Virus record (IMG/VR): IMGVR_UViG_3300009514_000001
Location: 1-64,000 of that record
Length of the DNA stretch: 64,000 nucleotides
Direction: 5' to 3' (one strand)
The notes beneath the pieces were generated by a model. That model had not been told where the DNA came from, searched no databases, and saw only the letters and a list, made by a program, of their open reading frames with translations. The position numbers were made by a program, and so were the translations under genes. The first letter of the stretch is position 1; each line of letters opens with the position of its first letter. This document shows, in pieces, positions 9,368-19,969 of this stretch.

Positions 9368-9939
9368 CTCAGGGCCATCCTCTCAACGTCTGCTCGGGAG
9401 ATGGGAGTTCTGCCGTCCCAGGGCACTTCGGTCCAGACGAAGCCGAACTCGAACCGCAGTCCGCGGGCTTTCGAGTACAGCTCCGAGCCCGGGTCAGGCG
9501 ATATCTGGAGGGCTGGGCTGCCTGAGGGATCAACCGCGAGAACCGCACGGGGGACTCCCTCCGTGAAGTACATGCCGACGACGCCCTCCCTACTCTTGTA
9601 GATGACAGCGTCCTGTTGATACCGACGTCCCAGCTCGAACAGGTCTTGAGAGGACATCCCGGGTACCAAGATGGACCTCTCGGAGACTCCCTCCCACTTG
9701 CCTCGGAGGGGTTCCCACCGACGATAGCCCATCGCTTGGAGGTCACGAATCAAGTTCGTGTGGCGTCTCTTGTTCTCGGACTTCGAGGTCGTCGTGTAGG
9801 CCGACAGAACCCCAAAGTGACTTCCCATGCCCATCAGCTTCCTGAGCTGATGGACGCGAAGGGCCGTCTTCTGTCTGGCTGTCACCACCTCGCGCAGGTA
9901 CCAAGACGCTACGCGCTTCGCAATCTGGATGTCGCCCAT
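9364..9939 (-). CDS. Hypothetical phage protein (FGVLSAY..SENKRRH..QDAVIY), IAKRVA motif
   Basis: GGAGG RBS; resembles a conserved large-phage hypothetical family. Confidence 0.6.
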   Translation of the reverse strand: MGDIQIAKRVASWYLREVVTARQKTALRVHQLRKLMGMGSHFGVLSAYTTTSKSENKRRHTNLIRDLQAMGYRRWEPLRGKWEGVSERSILVPGMSSQDLFELGRRYQQDAVIYKSREGVVGMYFTEGVPRAVLAVDPSGSPALQISPDPGSELYSKARGLRFEFGFVWTEVPWDGRTPISRADVERMALS

Positions 9940-9987
9940 CAACCGTCCTCCCAAGACCCACAGAAATAGACAGAAAACCCAACAAGG

Positions 9988-10016
9988 GGTCCACTTGGAC
10001 TCCCGAGGACGTACAA
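9988..10016 (+). promoter_or_regulatory. Putative phage promoter GGTCC-N18-GTACAA
   Basis: Exact spacing; divergent intergenic region. Confidence 0.6.
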
Positions 10017-10378
10017 GAGAGTGTCACTGGGCTTACGCCCTCGAACCAAACACTGAACCAACCCCAACCAGGAGGTGCCTATGAGGTGGCCCGGCCGCGG
10101 AGGTGACTAGCCGCGGTGCAGGATAAAGCCACCGACGTCAACCAAGCTCTCTGCATTGACCATGTACCCACGTGAGGACGACCCTTGAAGACAGATACCT
10201 GGTGCATCTGGAAGTGGAACGACAACATCGTTGGTGGCCCAATCACCTGGTGCGGACAAGAGCGATACGAGGGGCCTGCATACCGTAGGGTCAATGACGC
10301 CATGTACAAGGGCGGCCCCAAGGTCTGTCCCGGGTGTGTCAATGAAGTCGTAAAGCACCTCCAGGGTAGGAAAGGACC

Positions 10379-11017
10379 ATGAGCAAAGACGACAAGAGCC
10401 ACCCAAGCTACGCAACCATCCGCTGGGGACACCAACAGTCCTCAGGGAACGACCCCCTGTTCATGTCGTCCCTAGGACATCGGAACACCGTCTACGTCGA
10501 GGTGTCTGAGGCCGTCGAATACCTTGACAGAGTCCCGCGGGCGATTGCCAAGGATCTCATTATCCAGCTCCAGATGAGCCCTCTTCAGTGGGCCGAGTTC
10601 ATCTCGACACCGAACCAGGGAACGGGTACCCCGTGTACCATCCAGCGACGAGGCGCCGAGCTGGTGCCCCGGCCTCCCAGGAATGAAGAGACGGCCCGAC
10701 TGCGTCAGAAGGTCCGTAACAAGGCAGGTGAGGTCTCAGAGGGCGGCAAGAACCTCCTCAAGGAGATGGACGCCATCATCGGAGGCAAGTCCGTCCGCAA
10801 GAAGGACCTGAGAGAGCTTCGCGACAAATTCAGCCAGCTCCTCCTACAAATCAACGACCGCCTTCCCTTCGTTGTCCAGGAGTTCCAGGAACACATGGAC
10901 GACCTCACCCACGACGCTGTGGCGTCCGTCAACAGCCAGATTCAACACAAGATTCGAGAGACTGGACTCGCCGCCCTGGGAGTCCAGATTGATGCCCCGG
11001 CGCTGCCGGAAGAATGA
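10379..11017 (+). CDS. Hypothetical protein
   Basis: 212-aa ORF coupled (ATGA overlap) to the small ORF 10185-10382. Confidence 0.65.
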   Translation: MSKDDKSHPSYATIRWGHQQSSGNDPLFMSSLGHRNTVYVEVSEAVEYLDRVPRAIAKDLIIQLQMSPLQWAEFISTPNQGTGTPCTIQRRGAELVPRPPRNEETARLRQKVRNKAGEVSEGGKNLLKEMDAIIGGKSVRKKDLRELRDKFSQLLLQINDRLPFVVQEFQEHMDDLTHDAVASVNSQIQHKIRETGLAALGVQIDAPALPEE

Positions 11018-11480
11018 CCCATGCCTGACGGGTGTCGTACTCAAGTGCCGGGGCAGGAAATAACAACGAGGAACGAACCGTGCACCACGAACCCCCCGAC
11101 AGAGAAGAGCTGTGCGACCTGCTGGTCGCCGAGGCCTTTGCCCTACGACAAGAGTTCCGAGCGGCCGAGCTGGATGACGGCACCGGTCCCGGGACGCCTA
11201 TCCGTCTACGTCTCAACGACCAGGGGTGGAACCTACTCACCGGCGACTCCTCATTCGACCAAGACCTCGAAGGCCTTGTCGCTGTCGGGTGGTTGCCCTA
11301 TGATGCCGATGCCGATGTCTGCGACGACGTTGCCGAGCAATTGCTCGAAGAGCTTGAGGAACTGGCTGCCGAGTAGCCAGTTCACATCGCCTTCCCCGGG
11401 TTGGGTTGCCTCTCGACCGGGGATTCGAAGGCCCTCCGAGTTGGGTGCTCGGGGGGCCTTCACCGCTTTTGGAGTCTGTC

Positions 11481-12104
11481 ATGGATGACCTCGAACGCCT
11501 CCTCCAGCTCGTACACAGCGGAGACCGGGAGGCCGCCAAGGACGTGTTTGCTCAGGCTCGCAGGCGAGGAGACAAGGCCGCAACTCAGATGGCAGGCCTT
11601 CTCCTGTACCCCACCGAGGCCATGTACCTGCGGAGCGTCCTAGTACCGGCCTGGAAGGACCGGGACGCTAGGCTCCTGGAGTTCGCCTCCACATGCCTCG
11701 GGGTGTGTCTGGACGTCGCCACCGTCACGAGGCTGGACGCCCTCCGCTCCCGAGCCAACAGGAAAGACGACTCCCCCCACATGACGACCTCTCTGGACAT
11801 CGTCAGGACACTCCAGGGGGCTCTCGCCAAAGACACACACTGGGATTCCCCCTCCAGGAAAACCACGAAAAGAGACGCTCTCGGAACCCACCGGACGATA
11901 GTCTTGGCCACTCGCCAGGGCGGTACTCTGGTGTGTGGCATCTCCTCCGCCGACGTACTCAACCCTCACCCAGGCCACTTCTGGGACGACCTCAACCCCT
12001 GGGGGTGGACTGCCAGCTCTACCGGCGACGGTGAGTTCCTCCAGCGCTTGCAGAAATGGGCAAGCGACACCCGGAGCGACCGAACCACCATCGACATCCT
12101 CTGA
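11481..12104 (+). CDS. Hypothetical protein
   Basis: GGAG RBS, ATG at 11481. Confidence 0.55.
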   Translation: MDDLERLLQLVHSGDREAAKDVFAQARRRGDKAATQMAGLLLYPTEAMYLRSVLVPAWKDRDARLLEFASTCLGVCLDVATVTRLDALRSRANRKDDSPHMTTSLDIVRTLQGALAKDTHWDSPSRKTTKRDALGTHRTIVLATRQGGTLVCGISSADVLNPHPGHFWDDLNPWGWTASSTGDGEFLQRLQKWASDTRSDRTTIDIL

Positions 12105-12201
12105 CGCCCCGCCCCGGCGGGGTCCTTTTCGATCTTTGGGGGTCCTCCGGGGGAGGACCCCACGCCGTATGAGTCCGATAGCGCCGCAACAGGAGAACCC
12201 C

Positions 12202-12958
12202 ATGACTGACTGGGAGTATGACCTAATTGAGACTTTCTGGCTCCCTGAGCATCTCAGTGAGGGGTTCCACAAAGCAGACGTTGCATTTCAGCATGTTGCG
12301 GGCGAGCCTCACCATCAGTGGACAGTACTGAGGTTCAACTACCCCATGGCTCTTGTCGACATCAGGGATGCTACGTTTGTCGAGATTCACGTAGGTTCTT
12401 CCCTATGGCCTCCTCTCGAAGCACGTCTTCCTCGGTTGTGCGATGGCCTTCGTTCCGAACTCGAACGAATCGGCTGGAGCGCCCTTGACCAAAAGGACTG
12501 CCCATGAGCCAACAGAAGGACATCACCTTGGTCCACATCCTCAAGCACATCGAGACCCTGCGCTCCCAGGAGGTCACCGTGCACGTCGACCAGGGGCGTC
12601 TGGAGTCGAAAGACTGGGAGCGCGTCAACATCCGACAGCACAAGGTCGACGAGGCCACGGTCATCATCGACGGAGAGGCACCGGAGCCTGGGGCCGCCTC
12701 ATGAAATTTCAGGTCATGAAGTCAGCGACTATCAAAGACCCGCAAGGACGGCCCTTGACCGTCAGGCCGCCCAATATTCTGGACCTTTCCGGCGTCCCCC
12801 AGTCCAACAACGAATACTGGCACTACATCATGACTCTCGTCAGGGACCAGCGTATCATCGAACCTCTGCCGGCTGTTTCTGCTGGGCCTTACTTCACCCA
12901 CTGCGCGGACCCCCTGGTGTTCTGGGGAGTCATCTCTGGGTCCAGGAGTTTGCACTGA
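12202..12958 (+). CDS. Three coupled small hypothetical ORFs (12202-12507, 12504-12704, 12701-12958)
   Basis: Successive ATGA overlaps. Confidence 0.5.
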
Positions 12959-13174
12959 TGAGCAAAAAATGACGGATACAACCAGGCGTACCTCATCTGG
13001 TGCTACTACTACTTCGAGGCGGAGCACTACGACCGCAAGGTCTGTCAGCACATGAAGGACGGAGATGCCTTTCCCTTTGTGGCCACTGTGATGATGGTCG
13101 CAATGGCGATAATGACCAAGAAAGCAGAAGGGCCCGCCATCAGGCGAGCCCTTCCACCAGTCGAGCTGGGAGGC

Positions 13175-13471
13175 TTACCGGCCGTCGGCAGCGTCGCCAG
13201 TCGCATCCTCCTCGGCGGGAGCGTCTTCGGTCGTCGCGTCTTCCTCGGAAACGTCCTCGGCGGGTGCGTCTTCAGAGGGGGCGTCCTCGACAGCGGCGTC
13301 GCCTTCGGTACTGTCTTCGGCAGCGGCGTCACCTTCGGCAGCGTCCTTGACGGGAACGTCACCTTCGATGGCGTCGGTCGGAGCCTGGACGTCGGTGCTC
13401 TTGTCGTCACTGCCACAGGCGAAGGTCAGGGTGAGGGCGAGAGTGGCCAGAATGAGAATCAGCTTGCGCAT
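13175..13471 (-). CDS. Lipoprotein with acidic DAxxxD repeats
   Basis: MRK + hydrophobic stretch + TFA-C lipobox; low-complexity Asp/Glu/Ala tail. Confidence 0.7.
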   Translation of the reverse strand: MRKLILILATLALTLTFACGSDDKSTDVQAPTDAIEGDVPVKDAAEGDAAAEDSTEGDAAVEDAPSEDAPAEDVSEEDATTEDAPAEEDATGDAADGR

Positions 13472-13614
13472 TGTTGGTTGGTACTACCCGATATCCCTTA
13501 CGGGATGTCGACAGGAGTTGGGGAAACGGCCCGTCGGCCAAGCCGGCATCTCTACCCGTTCTTCTTTCCCAGGTCAAGTCCAACCCCTGACCATCGTGCA
13601 AAGGAACCATCTAG

Positions 13615-14658
13615 ATGAGAAAGCCCTCTGTCGACAAATTCCAAGGATGCCTCATTGGGTGCGCTGTCGGAGATGCCGTCGGCGCTCCCGCGGAAACCTG
13701 GGGACTGCGAGAGTGTCAGACCTACGTCAAGACCAAGGTCGGACCCATGGCCTTTGAGAGGGTGTTCCGGACGTCCAGAAAGGGCGAGCGAGTCCCCTTC
13801 GGACAGTACACCGACGACACCCAGCTCACCCGAGAGCTGATCTCGTCCATCCTCGACCGCGGCGAGGTCGACCCTGAGCACTACGCCGATATCCTCGTGG
13901 ACCTGTTCGGTAACCGCAACCCGGTCGGTACCGGACGAGCCACTAGAGCGGCCGTCACCCGCCTCTATCAGGGAGTCCCCTGGGACGAGGCAGGAACGCC
14001 CTCGCCATCCGCGGGCAACGGCTCGGCCATGAGGGCCGCCCCCGTCGGCCTGCTCCACTGGAACACCAGGCCGAAGCGTATCAAGAACCTGGTCGAGGAC
14101 GCCGAGGCCCAGGGCATCATCACGCATGCCAACCCCGTGTGTACCGCGGGGGCCGTTGCCCTCGCCACTGCCGTCAAACAGGCCCTCTCGCCCGCCCCTC
14201 CGAACACGCTACGCTGGTGGAAGGACCTGGCGGAGGGGGTGTCCTGCGTGGACCACAACGCCTACGACGACGTCCCGATGGACGAACTTATCCTGAGCCT
14301 GTGGAAGCGCCGTGAGGCCAAACCCGAGGACATCAGGACCTGGCTGATGGACATCACCCCAGACTTCGGCACCAAGTGGCGGGGTATCAGCTCCTGGGTT
14401 GTCTCCAGTGTCCTCTGGTCTCTGTACGCATTCCTCCGGACCCCGGACGACTTCTGGATGACCATCCAGACGGCTATCTGGCCGGGAGGAGACGTCGATT
14501 CGACCGCGGCCATGGCAGGGGCCATCAGCGGCGCCTACAACGGCCTGGGAGCCATTCCCGAGGACGTGGCCAGGCAGGTCAACGACGACGGCTCCCAGGG
14601 CTATGAGGAGCTGTGTGAGATGGCCAGCAAACTCCATCAACGAACAGTAGGAGGCTAG
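13615..14658 (+). CDS. ADP-ribosylglycohydrolase (ARH/DraG family)
   Basis: AVGDAVG, YTDDTQ, GNGSAMRAAPVG and GGDVDSTAAMAGAISGA motifs. Confidence 0.92.
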   Translation: MRKPSVDKFQGCLIGCAVGDAVGAPAETWGLRECQTYVKTKVGPMAFERVFRTSRKGERVPFGQYTDDTQLTRELISSILDRGEVDPEHYADILVDLFGNRNPVGTGRATRAAVTRLYQGVPWDEAGTPSPSAGNGSAMRAAPVGLLHWNTRPKRIKNLVEDAEAQGIITHANPVCTAGAVALATAVKQALSPAPPNTLRWWKDLAEGVSCVDHNAYDDVPMDELILSLWKRREAKPEDIRTWLMDITPDFGTKWRGISSWVVSSVLWSLYAFLRTPDDFWMTIQTAIWPGGDVDSTAAMAGAISGAYNGLGAIPEDVARQVNDDGSQGYEELCEMASKLHQRTVGG

Positions 14659-14660
14659 CG

Positions 14661-15491
14661 ATGGGAGACATCTTCACCGACGCCAACAAGGGCTACTGGA
14701 GAGAGAAGAAAGCCCGGGCGAAAGCGGCTCGGCTCAAGGACGAAGCAGCCCAGAGGGAGGTAGAAGCCATGGGAGACGGACAATATCACGCTTGGAAGGA
14801 GCAAAGAGACAAGGAAGACAAGGAGAAGCTCCGCAAGAGCAAGCAGGTCACCGGTCACAGTGCCAAGAACATCATGCGGGTGATATCCTTGAGCGTTCCC
14901 CAAGAGGCCTGGGAAACAGTCGTCCAGGTCTTCCAGAACAATGGGATGCTTCTTCACGATACGAAGGTGCCAGAGCCCGACGGGGGGCCTCTGCTCGATG
15001 TCTGGATTCGACCGGATACGATTAGGACCCTCCCTCTCCCGGACCAGAAGGGGTTTTTCCTGGAACCCTCCAACCTTCGAACGTCGTACGACAGGGCCGA
15101 CGTGTTCATCCACGCGATGGTCCGACATACCTGTCCCGACGGCGGCACCAAGAAATGGACTCAGGACCACACTCTCGGCAGGACCGTGTGGGACAGCCAC
15201 CTCGGATTCCAGTGCCGCTGTGGCGTGTGGGTGGGCATCACCCAGGCCACGTTCCAGGCTCTCCCAAACTCCTGGGACAGCCTCCTGAGTGGACATAAGG
15301 AACGAGACCTCTTGGCCACCAGGACGGCATCCGACAAAGAGAACCTCCTCGGCGAGGTCGAAGAGATGGACGTAGGTGAGGACGTTCCCAAACTCACCCG
15401 AGAGGACCTCCAAGAGGCTCTAGGCAAGGGGAAGGTGTTTGTCCATACCGACCACGGCCTCCAGGCCGCCCCAGAGGACATTCTCAGCTAG
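14661..15491 (+). CDS. Hypothetical protein
   Basis: 276-aa ORF with GGAGG RBS. Confidence 0.65.
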   Translation: MGDIFTDANKGYWREKKARAKAARLKDEAAQREVEAMGDGQYHAWKEQRDKEDKEKLRKSKQVTGHSAKNIMRVISLSVPQEAWETVVQVFQNNGMLLHDTKVPEPDGGPLLDVWIRPDTIRTLPLPDQKGFFLEPSNLRTSYDRADVFIHAMVRHTCPDGGTKKWTQDHTLGRTVWDSHLGFQCRCGVWVGITQATFQALPNSWDSLLSGHKERDLLATRTASDKENLLGEVEEMDVGEDVPKLTREDLQEALGKGKVFVHTDHGLQAAPEDILS

Positions 15492-15492
15492 A

Positions 15493-15798
15493 ATGCGTAT
15501 CCCACACCGGTGCTCACGGTGTCAGGCGCGACATGCGTTCAAGTTCCACTGGCAGACGTACCGGAAGGTCATGAGGTGCGCCCAGTGTGGCTACGCCAAG
15601 TTCTACGTCGACAAGGCGAGGATGCGAAGAAACAACGGCAAACTGGCCTGTCTCTGTGACGCCTACCACTATCCTCACCGCTATCAGTCCGGTCAGTGTA
15701 TTCACGGCCCGAACCCGTATGGGTCTGTCTCGTTCGAGCCACCACCCCCGCCGTTCGACTACAGCGCGCCCGACGACGACGACGGGACGCCCTTCTAG
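15493..15798 (+). CDS. Small Cys/His-rich (Zn-binding) hypothetical protein
   Basis: CxxC, CxxC and CxC..H..C patterns. Confidence 0.55.
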   Translation: MRIPHRCSRCQARHAFKFHWQTYRKVMRCAQCGYAKFYVDKARMRRNNGKLACLCDAYHYPHRYQSGQCIHGPNPYGSVSFEPPPPPFDYSAPDDDDGTPF

Positions 15799-16028
15799 TC
15801 CCCGAACAGTTCCAGAATGCCAACGGGGCCTTCGTGGAGAGGCTCCCAGTTGGTCTCGAACTGCTCTTCGGACTCGACTCCGAACATGCCGACCGAACAC
15901 CCGGTGTCGTAATAGACGGTGCCGTCGATACGGTCGAGGACCTGACACTGATGAGCCGACGCAACTCGATGGCGGTACGTCGGCTCAAAGGGGTCGGCCT
16001 TCGTAAAGGTGTAGCCGTTCTTAGTCAA
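15795..16028 (-). CDS. Small hypothetical protein ending ILELFGD
   Basis: Follows ORF 16021-17170 on the same strand; the C-terminal motif recurs elsewhere. Confidence 0.4.
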   Translation of the reverse strand: MTKNGYTFTKADPFEPTYRHRVASAHQCQVLDRIDGTVYYDTGCSVGMFGVESEEQFETNWEPLHEGPVGILELFGD

Positions 16029-17170
16029 GGAAATCGCCCTTACGAGCCAGCCGCTCGGCTTCGCGGATGACAGTCGAGATGCTGGCCTCTCCCAGCTCCC
16101 GGGACCGCCTACCTAGACTCACCTCGTACTCTCCTCGGAAAGTGTCGTAGTGAACTCCGAGGTAGGTCCTCCCACCGAAGGCAGGGTCAGAGGCTTCGTT
16201 CCAGATAGAGATCCGGATAGAGTCGATACTCCGGTCGGCAGTGAGGTCGGAAGACAGGCCGTATTTTCGCTCGAAGTGATGAGCGATTTGTAGAAGAGCT
16301 TTCTTTGCCTTCGCTGGTGAGAGGGCCGCCCGGCGGTCAAGTCTCTTCGCGGCTTTCACAGCGAGGTAGGCGTCGTCCGAGGCGATACCGGAGTCCATCA
16401 GACTCTTGGCAACGTCTCTTTCCAAGAGACCGATGCCGAGCATCGAACGGGCCCTGTGAATCAGGCTTTCGTCGACCATTGCTTGAAGAGACCTCCCGGA
16501 AGACGCCGTCTCCCTGTCAGCAGCGACAACGGCGTCGAGGAGCTTGTTGCGGAGGGTCTCGTCCTGGACCGTCGAGGCGAACTTGATGGTGTCGGCTCGG
16601 AGGGCCTGATAGCCGTCGTTGCTTTCGGAGGCGACCATCTCCAGACCGCCACCCGCGGTCTCGTGCGCCGAGTCCCGGAGAGCGTCATTGACAGACCCGC
16701 CGCCGGTGTCGTCGACGTACTTGCGCAGCTTGCGAGAGAGGAAGTTAGCGAGTGATCTGAGTTCCTTGCGAGAGTCCTCGAACAGGTGGTCGAGGTCGCC
16801 GTCGAACATGGTCACTCCCTCTCCTCGGAGGGTCATGAACGCCAGGTAGTCGCCGTCGGCGTCCATGAAGGCGTCGGCCTGTTCGCCCAGGTCCTGGCCA
16901 GCCAGGTATCCCTTGAGAGGGTTCTGCTTGAACCAAGACTTGAGGGCCTTCTCCAGCTCCCTTTGGAACTTGTCGATGGCCTTCCCCACCTCTTTGGTGG
17001 CCTCGGCATCTCGGCCGTCCAGCCCCATCGACTCGGCCTCGCCCTGGACCAGCCAGTCCATCACGTCCGGGTCGTCGAGGGCGGCCATCTTCTCCAGGAT
17101 GGGCAGGATGTGCTCCTGGAGGTGAGGCTTGTCGGCGATGTAGCGAATGGTGGCGTCGCGAAGGCTCATG
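16021..17170 (-). CDS. Hypothetical protein, possibly virion-associated (LRDATIRYIADKPHLQEHILPIL motif)
   Basis: GAGGAG RBS; motif shared with ORF 56752-57705. Confidence 0.6.
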
Positions 17171-17252
17171 TGGAATCTCCTCAGGAGGTCTCGGGTCCAG
17201 ACCGCTGGTTCGTCACCCTGGTGCAATTATCGAAGCTCTAGTGGCTTAGGGG

Positions 17253-17281
17253 GGTCCTGTCCAGGCCCCGGTGCGGTATAC
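17253..17281 (+). promoter_or_regulatory. Putative phage promoter GGTCC-N18-GTATAC
   Basis: Exact spacing; upstream of ORF 17288 and the ligase N-half. Confidence 0.6.
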
Positions 17282-17287
17282 AGAGGT

Positions 17288-17644
17288 ATGGAGCTGAGGG
17301 AGTCCCCAATGGCCTGGAAAGTGGTTTACGATGGACGACGTGGGCAGAGTCTCCACCCGGTTGAGAAGCCGGCGCCCGAGTGCGTCTCGCCCCACTGTGA
17401 CTGCAAGACACAGTGGCCCAAGCCCTCTTGGGACAACCATCTGGGGTTTCGCTACGCCGATCACAGCAACCATTGGGAGGTCCGAGATGCCGCCCTAGCC
17501 CTGGACAACCGGGCTGAACGGGCGGTTCCATCCCTGTGGCTCGCCCACATGGAGGAGATCGGCCGCCCCGTGAGACAGGTCTCTTGGAGAGGGGCCCACG
17601 GCAAAATCCCGAAATTCTACAGAAGAAGAGGACAAGAGCAATGA
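17288..17644 (+). CDS. Hypothetical protein
   Basis: GAGG RBS; ATGA overlap with the ligase N-half. Confidence 0.55.
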   Translation: MELRESPMAWKVVYDGRRGQSLHPVEKPAPECVSPHCDCKTQWPKPSWDNHLGFRYADHSNHWEVRDAALALDNRAERAVPSLWLAHMEEIGRPVRQVSWRGAHGKIPKFYRRRGQEQ

Positions 17645-18756
17645 ACAAGAGCGCGCTCACCAGGAAGATTGAAGATGCCAGAAAGGCCTACTACGGACCT
17701 AACGCCCCTCTCATGACGGATGCCGAGTACGATGCTCTCGAAGACGAGCTTCGCCTCCTCGACCCCGAGCATTACCTGCTCATGACAACAGGGACTCCTC
17801 CTGGCGACAGCGGCTGGGAGAAGGTCTCCCACGGCATCCCGATGCGCTCACTCAACAAGGCCCAGGTCTTCGATGAGATGGGCACCTGGTTCAAGAGCCT
17901 GGGACAGGTCCCCTGCCCACCTCTGGAACCCTCTCTGGTATTGACCGAGAAGCTCGACGGGATCTCATGCTCCCTCCAGTACATCAAGGGCCGACTCGTC
18001 TCGGCCCTGACCCGAGGTGACGGTGCCGTGGGTGAGGATATCACCCGCAACGTCAGTCTGATGAAGGGCGTTCAACACCGGCTGCCGAAAGGACCCTATG
18101 AGAACTGGAGCGGCCACCTCCGAGGTGAGATCGTCTGTCGCCGGTCCGACTTCGAGAAGCACTTCAAGGGCTACTCGAATCCCCGGAACACGGCGAGCGG
18201 GACGGCCAAACGTGAGAGCGACCCGGAGCCCTGCAAACACCTGACGGTCATCGTCTACCAGATGGTTCCCGAGGGCGGCTACATGATTTCGAAGATGACG
18301 GAGCTGGAGACCATCCAGAGCCTCGGGTTCATCGCCCCCAACTACGTTGGCCTGAAGTTCGACCGCATCGAGTCCATCTACCGAGGGTACGTTGACGACC
18401 AACGGGAGCTGTTGGACTACGACATCGACGGCCTGGTCATCGAGGTCAACTCCCAGTCCTTCGCTGAGGACCTCGGCGAGCTGAACAAGAGACCCAAAGG
18501 TGCCGTCGCGTTCAAGTTCCCCCACGACTCCAAAGAGACTACCCTGGAGCGCGTCGAATGGCAGGTCGGCAACACCGGCCGCATCACGCCGGTGGCGGTG
18601 TTCAAGGCGGTCAACCTGGCCGGTGCCAACGTTACCCGGGCAAGTCTCCACAACGTGTCCTACGTCAAGTCACTCAATCTCCACGAGGGCGACAAGATTC
18701 TCGTCAGCCGACGAAATGACGTCATCCCGGCCGTAGAGTCCAACCTCTCAAGGTAA
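17641..18756 (+). CDS. ligA: NAD-dependent DNA ligase, N-terminal half (Ia + adenylation + OB domains)
   Basis: YY..D.EYD.L, EKLDG, RGDG..GEDIT, NPRN.ASG, DIDGLV, WQVG.TGRITPVA and RASLHN; stops right after VIPAV. Confidence 0.93.
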   Translation: MNKSALTRKIEDARKAYYGPNAPLMTDAEYDALEDELRLLDPEHYLLMTTGTPPGDSGWEKVSHGIPMRSLNKAQVFDEMGTWFKSLGQVPCPPLEPSLVLTEKLDGISCSLQYIKGRLVSALTRGDGAVGEDITRNVSLMKGVQHRLPKGPYENWSGHLRGEIVCRRSDFEKHFKGYSNPRNTASGTAKRESDPEPCKHLTVIVYQMVPEGGYMISKMTELETIQSLGFIAPNYVGLKFDRIESIYRGYVDDQRELLDYDIDGLVIEVNSQSFAEDLGELNKRPKGAVAFKFPHDSKETTLERVEWQVGNTGRITPVAVFKAVNLAGANVTRASLHNVSYVKSLNLHEGDKILVSRRNDVIPAVESNLSR

Positions 18757-19252
18757 CTAAGGAATCCGGTAAGAATGGCCAAAAAGAAAACTGGGTTCTC
18801 CCTGTTCAAAAACCCCGTCACCAGAATGAGCGCGACGCCTCTCGTAGAGCGAAGGGTGTCATGGAGAAGCTGGCTGGCGTCGGCTCGGCGTTCAACAAAC
18901 TCCCCAAGAGCCCGACACCCGTCAATCTCTTGGCCTTTGGAGTACAACTCCCAGAGGAGCCGACCAATCTCCTGGCCGACCTTCTTGTCCTGCCCCTCCT
19001 CGTTCCGGTCGAGGAACCAGAAGTTCTGGTCGCTCTTCGACCCTGAGGACACGACAGTCTCGTCCCAGAGCTTCGTCACCTTGACCTGGTCTTTGTTGCT
19101 CCCGAGGACCTCGGTGTTGGGGTGGTTGGCGAGCACGCGGCCGATGAGTTCGTGGAACTCGAACATCCAGAACTGCGTGAGAGAGGGGTCGGACGACGGG
19201 TCCAGGGCCTTCTCTGAGAGGAGCTTGGACAGACCGACGACTCCAAAGGGAG

Positions 19253-19969
19253 TTGTACGGCTCCCGTGTTGAGGTGATGAGTTCCGGTCGCTGGAACTCG
19301 ACCCTCCGTTCCTGGAACATCGGTGAGGATTCCCTCGAAAGCGAACAGACCAGTGCTCTCCTGGAGCGTATCGAGAGGTTCTTCGCTGCTGGGCATTCTC
19401 GGAGCATCATCCTTCATGGGTCCCCGGGAACGGGCAAGAGCGAGATGTCCAGGACGATCTCGAAGAGCCTCCAGGGGATGACCCTGTTCATCAACGCATC
19501 CGAGTTCAAGAGCCTCCAGTCGAATACTCTGTCCAACTGTCTCGACCTCCTCCACCCTGACATCGTCATCATCGACGACCTCGACTGTGTCTACGACGTC
19601 AAATCACTCCTCTCGGCCATCGACCGCATTCACCGGACCACCAGGCTGTTCATCGTGACAGCGAACGACCTGGAGTCCTTCGATGCTGCTGCGGTTCGGG
19701 CAGGGCGCTTCGACGAAATCGAGGTGGTCAGGAGAGTGGTCATGCCCGAGGACATGATTCCGGGCCTGGAGGAATCCGTCTACAAAGACCTCAACGACTG
19801 GCCCGTTGCCTTCGTCGAGGAGCTGGGGAAGAGGCTTGAAGTCCTGGGGGATGAGAGCCTGAGCGAGGAGATGGGACGACTCAAGGCCCGTGAGGAAGCA
19901 AACGTCGTCAACCGCAAACGGGGTGCCGCATCCCTAGAAGAAACTACGGAAGGTAGCAGTGATGAGTAA
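19253..19969 (+). CDS. AAA+ ATPase (N-terminal region 18775-19253 appears frameshifted)
   Basis: LHGSPGTGKS, IVIIDDLD, TAND and RAGRFD motifs. Confidence 0.8.
   Translation: MYGSRVEVMSSGRWNSTLRSWNIGEDSLESEQTSALLERIERFFAAGHSRSIILHGSPGTGKSEMSRTISKSLQGMTLFINASEFKSLQSNTLSNCLDLLHPDIVIIDDLDCVYDVKSLLSAIDRIHRTTRLFIVTANDLESFDAAAVRAGRFDEIEVVRRVVMPEDMIPGLEESVYKDLNDWPVAFVEELGKRLEVLGDESLSEEMGRLKAREEANVVNRKRGAASLEETTEGSSDE

Noticed and set aside
12140-12175. GGTCC...GTATGA as another promoter copy
   Set aside because: Spacing is 21 nt rather than 18 and it lies inside a GC hairpin; 26484 and 13497(-) were rejected for similar mismatches.
13052-13618. 188-aa + strand ORF with VFG/VLG repeats
   Set aside because: It is the antisense shadow of the acidic lipoprotein repeats on the - strand.
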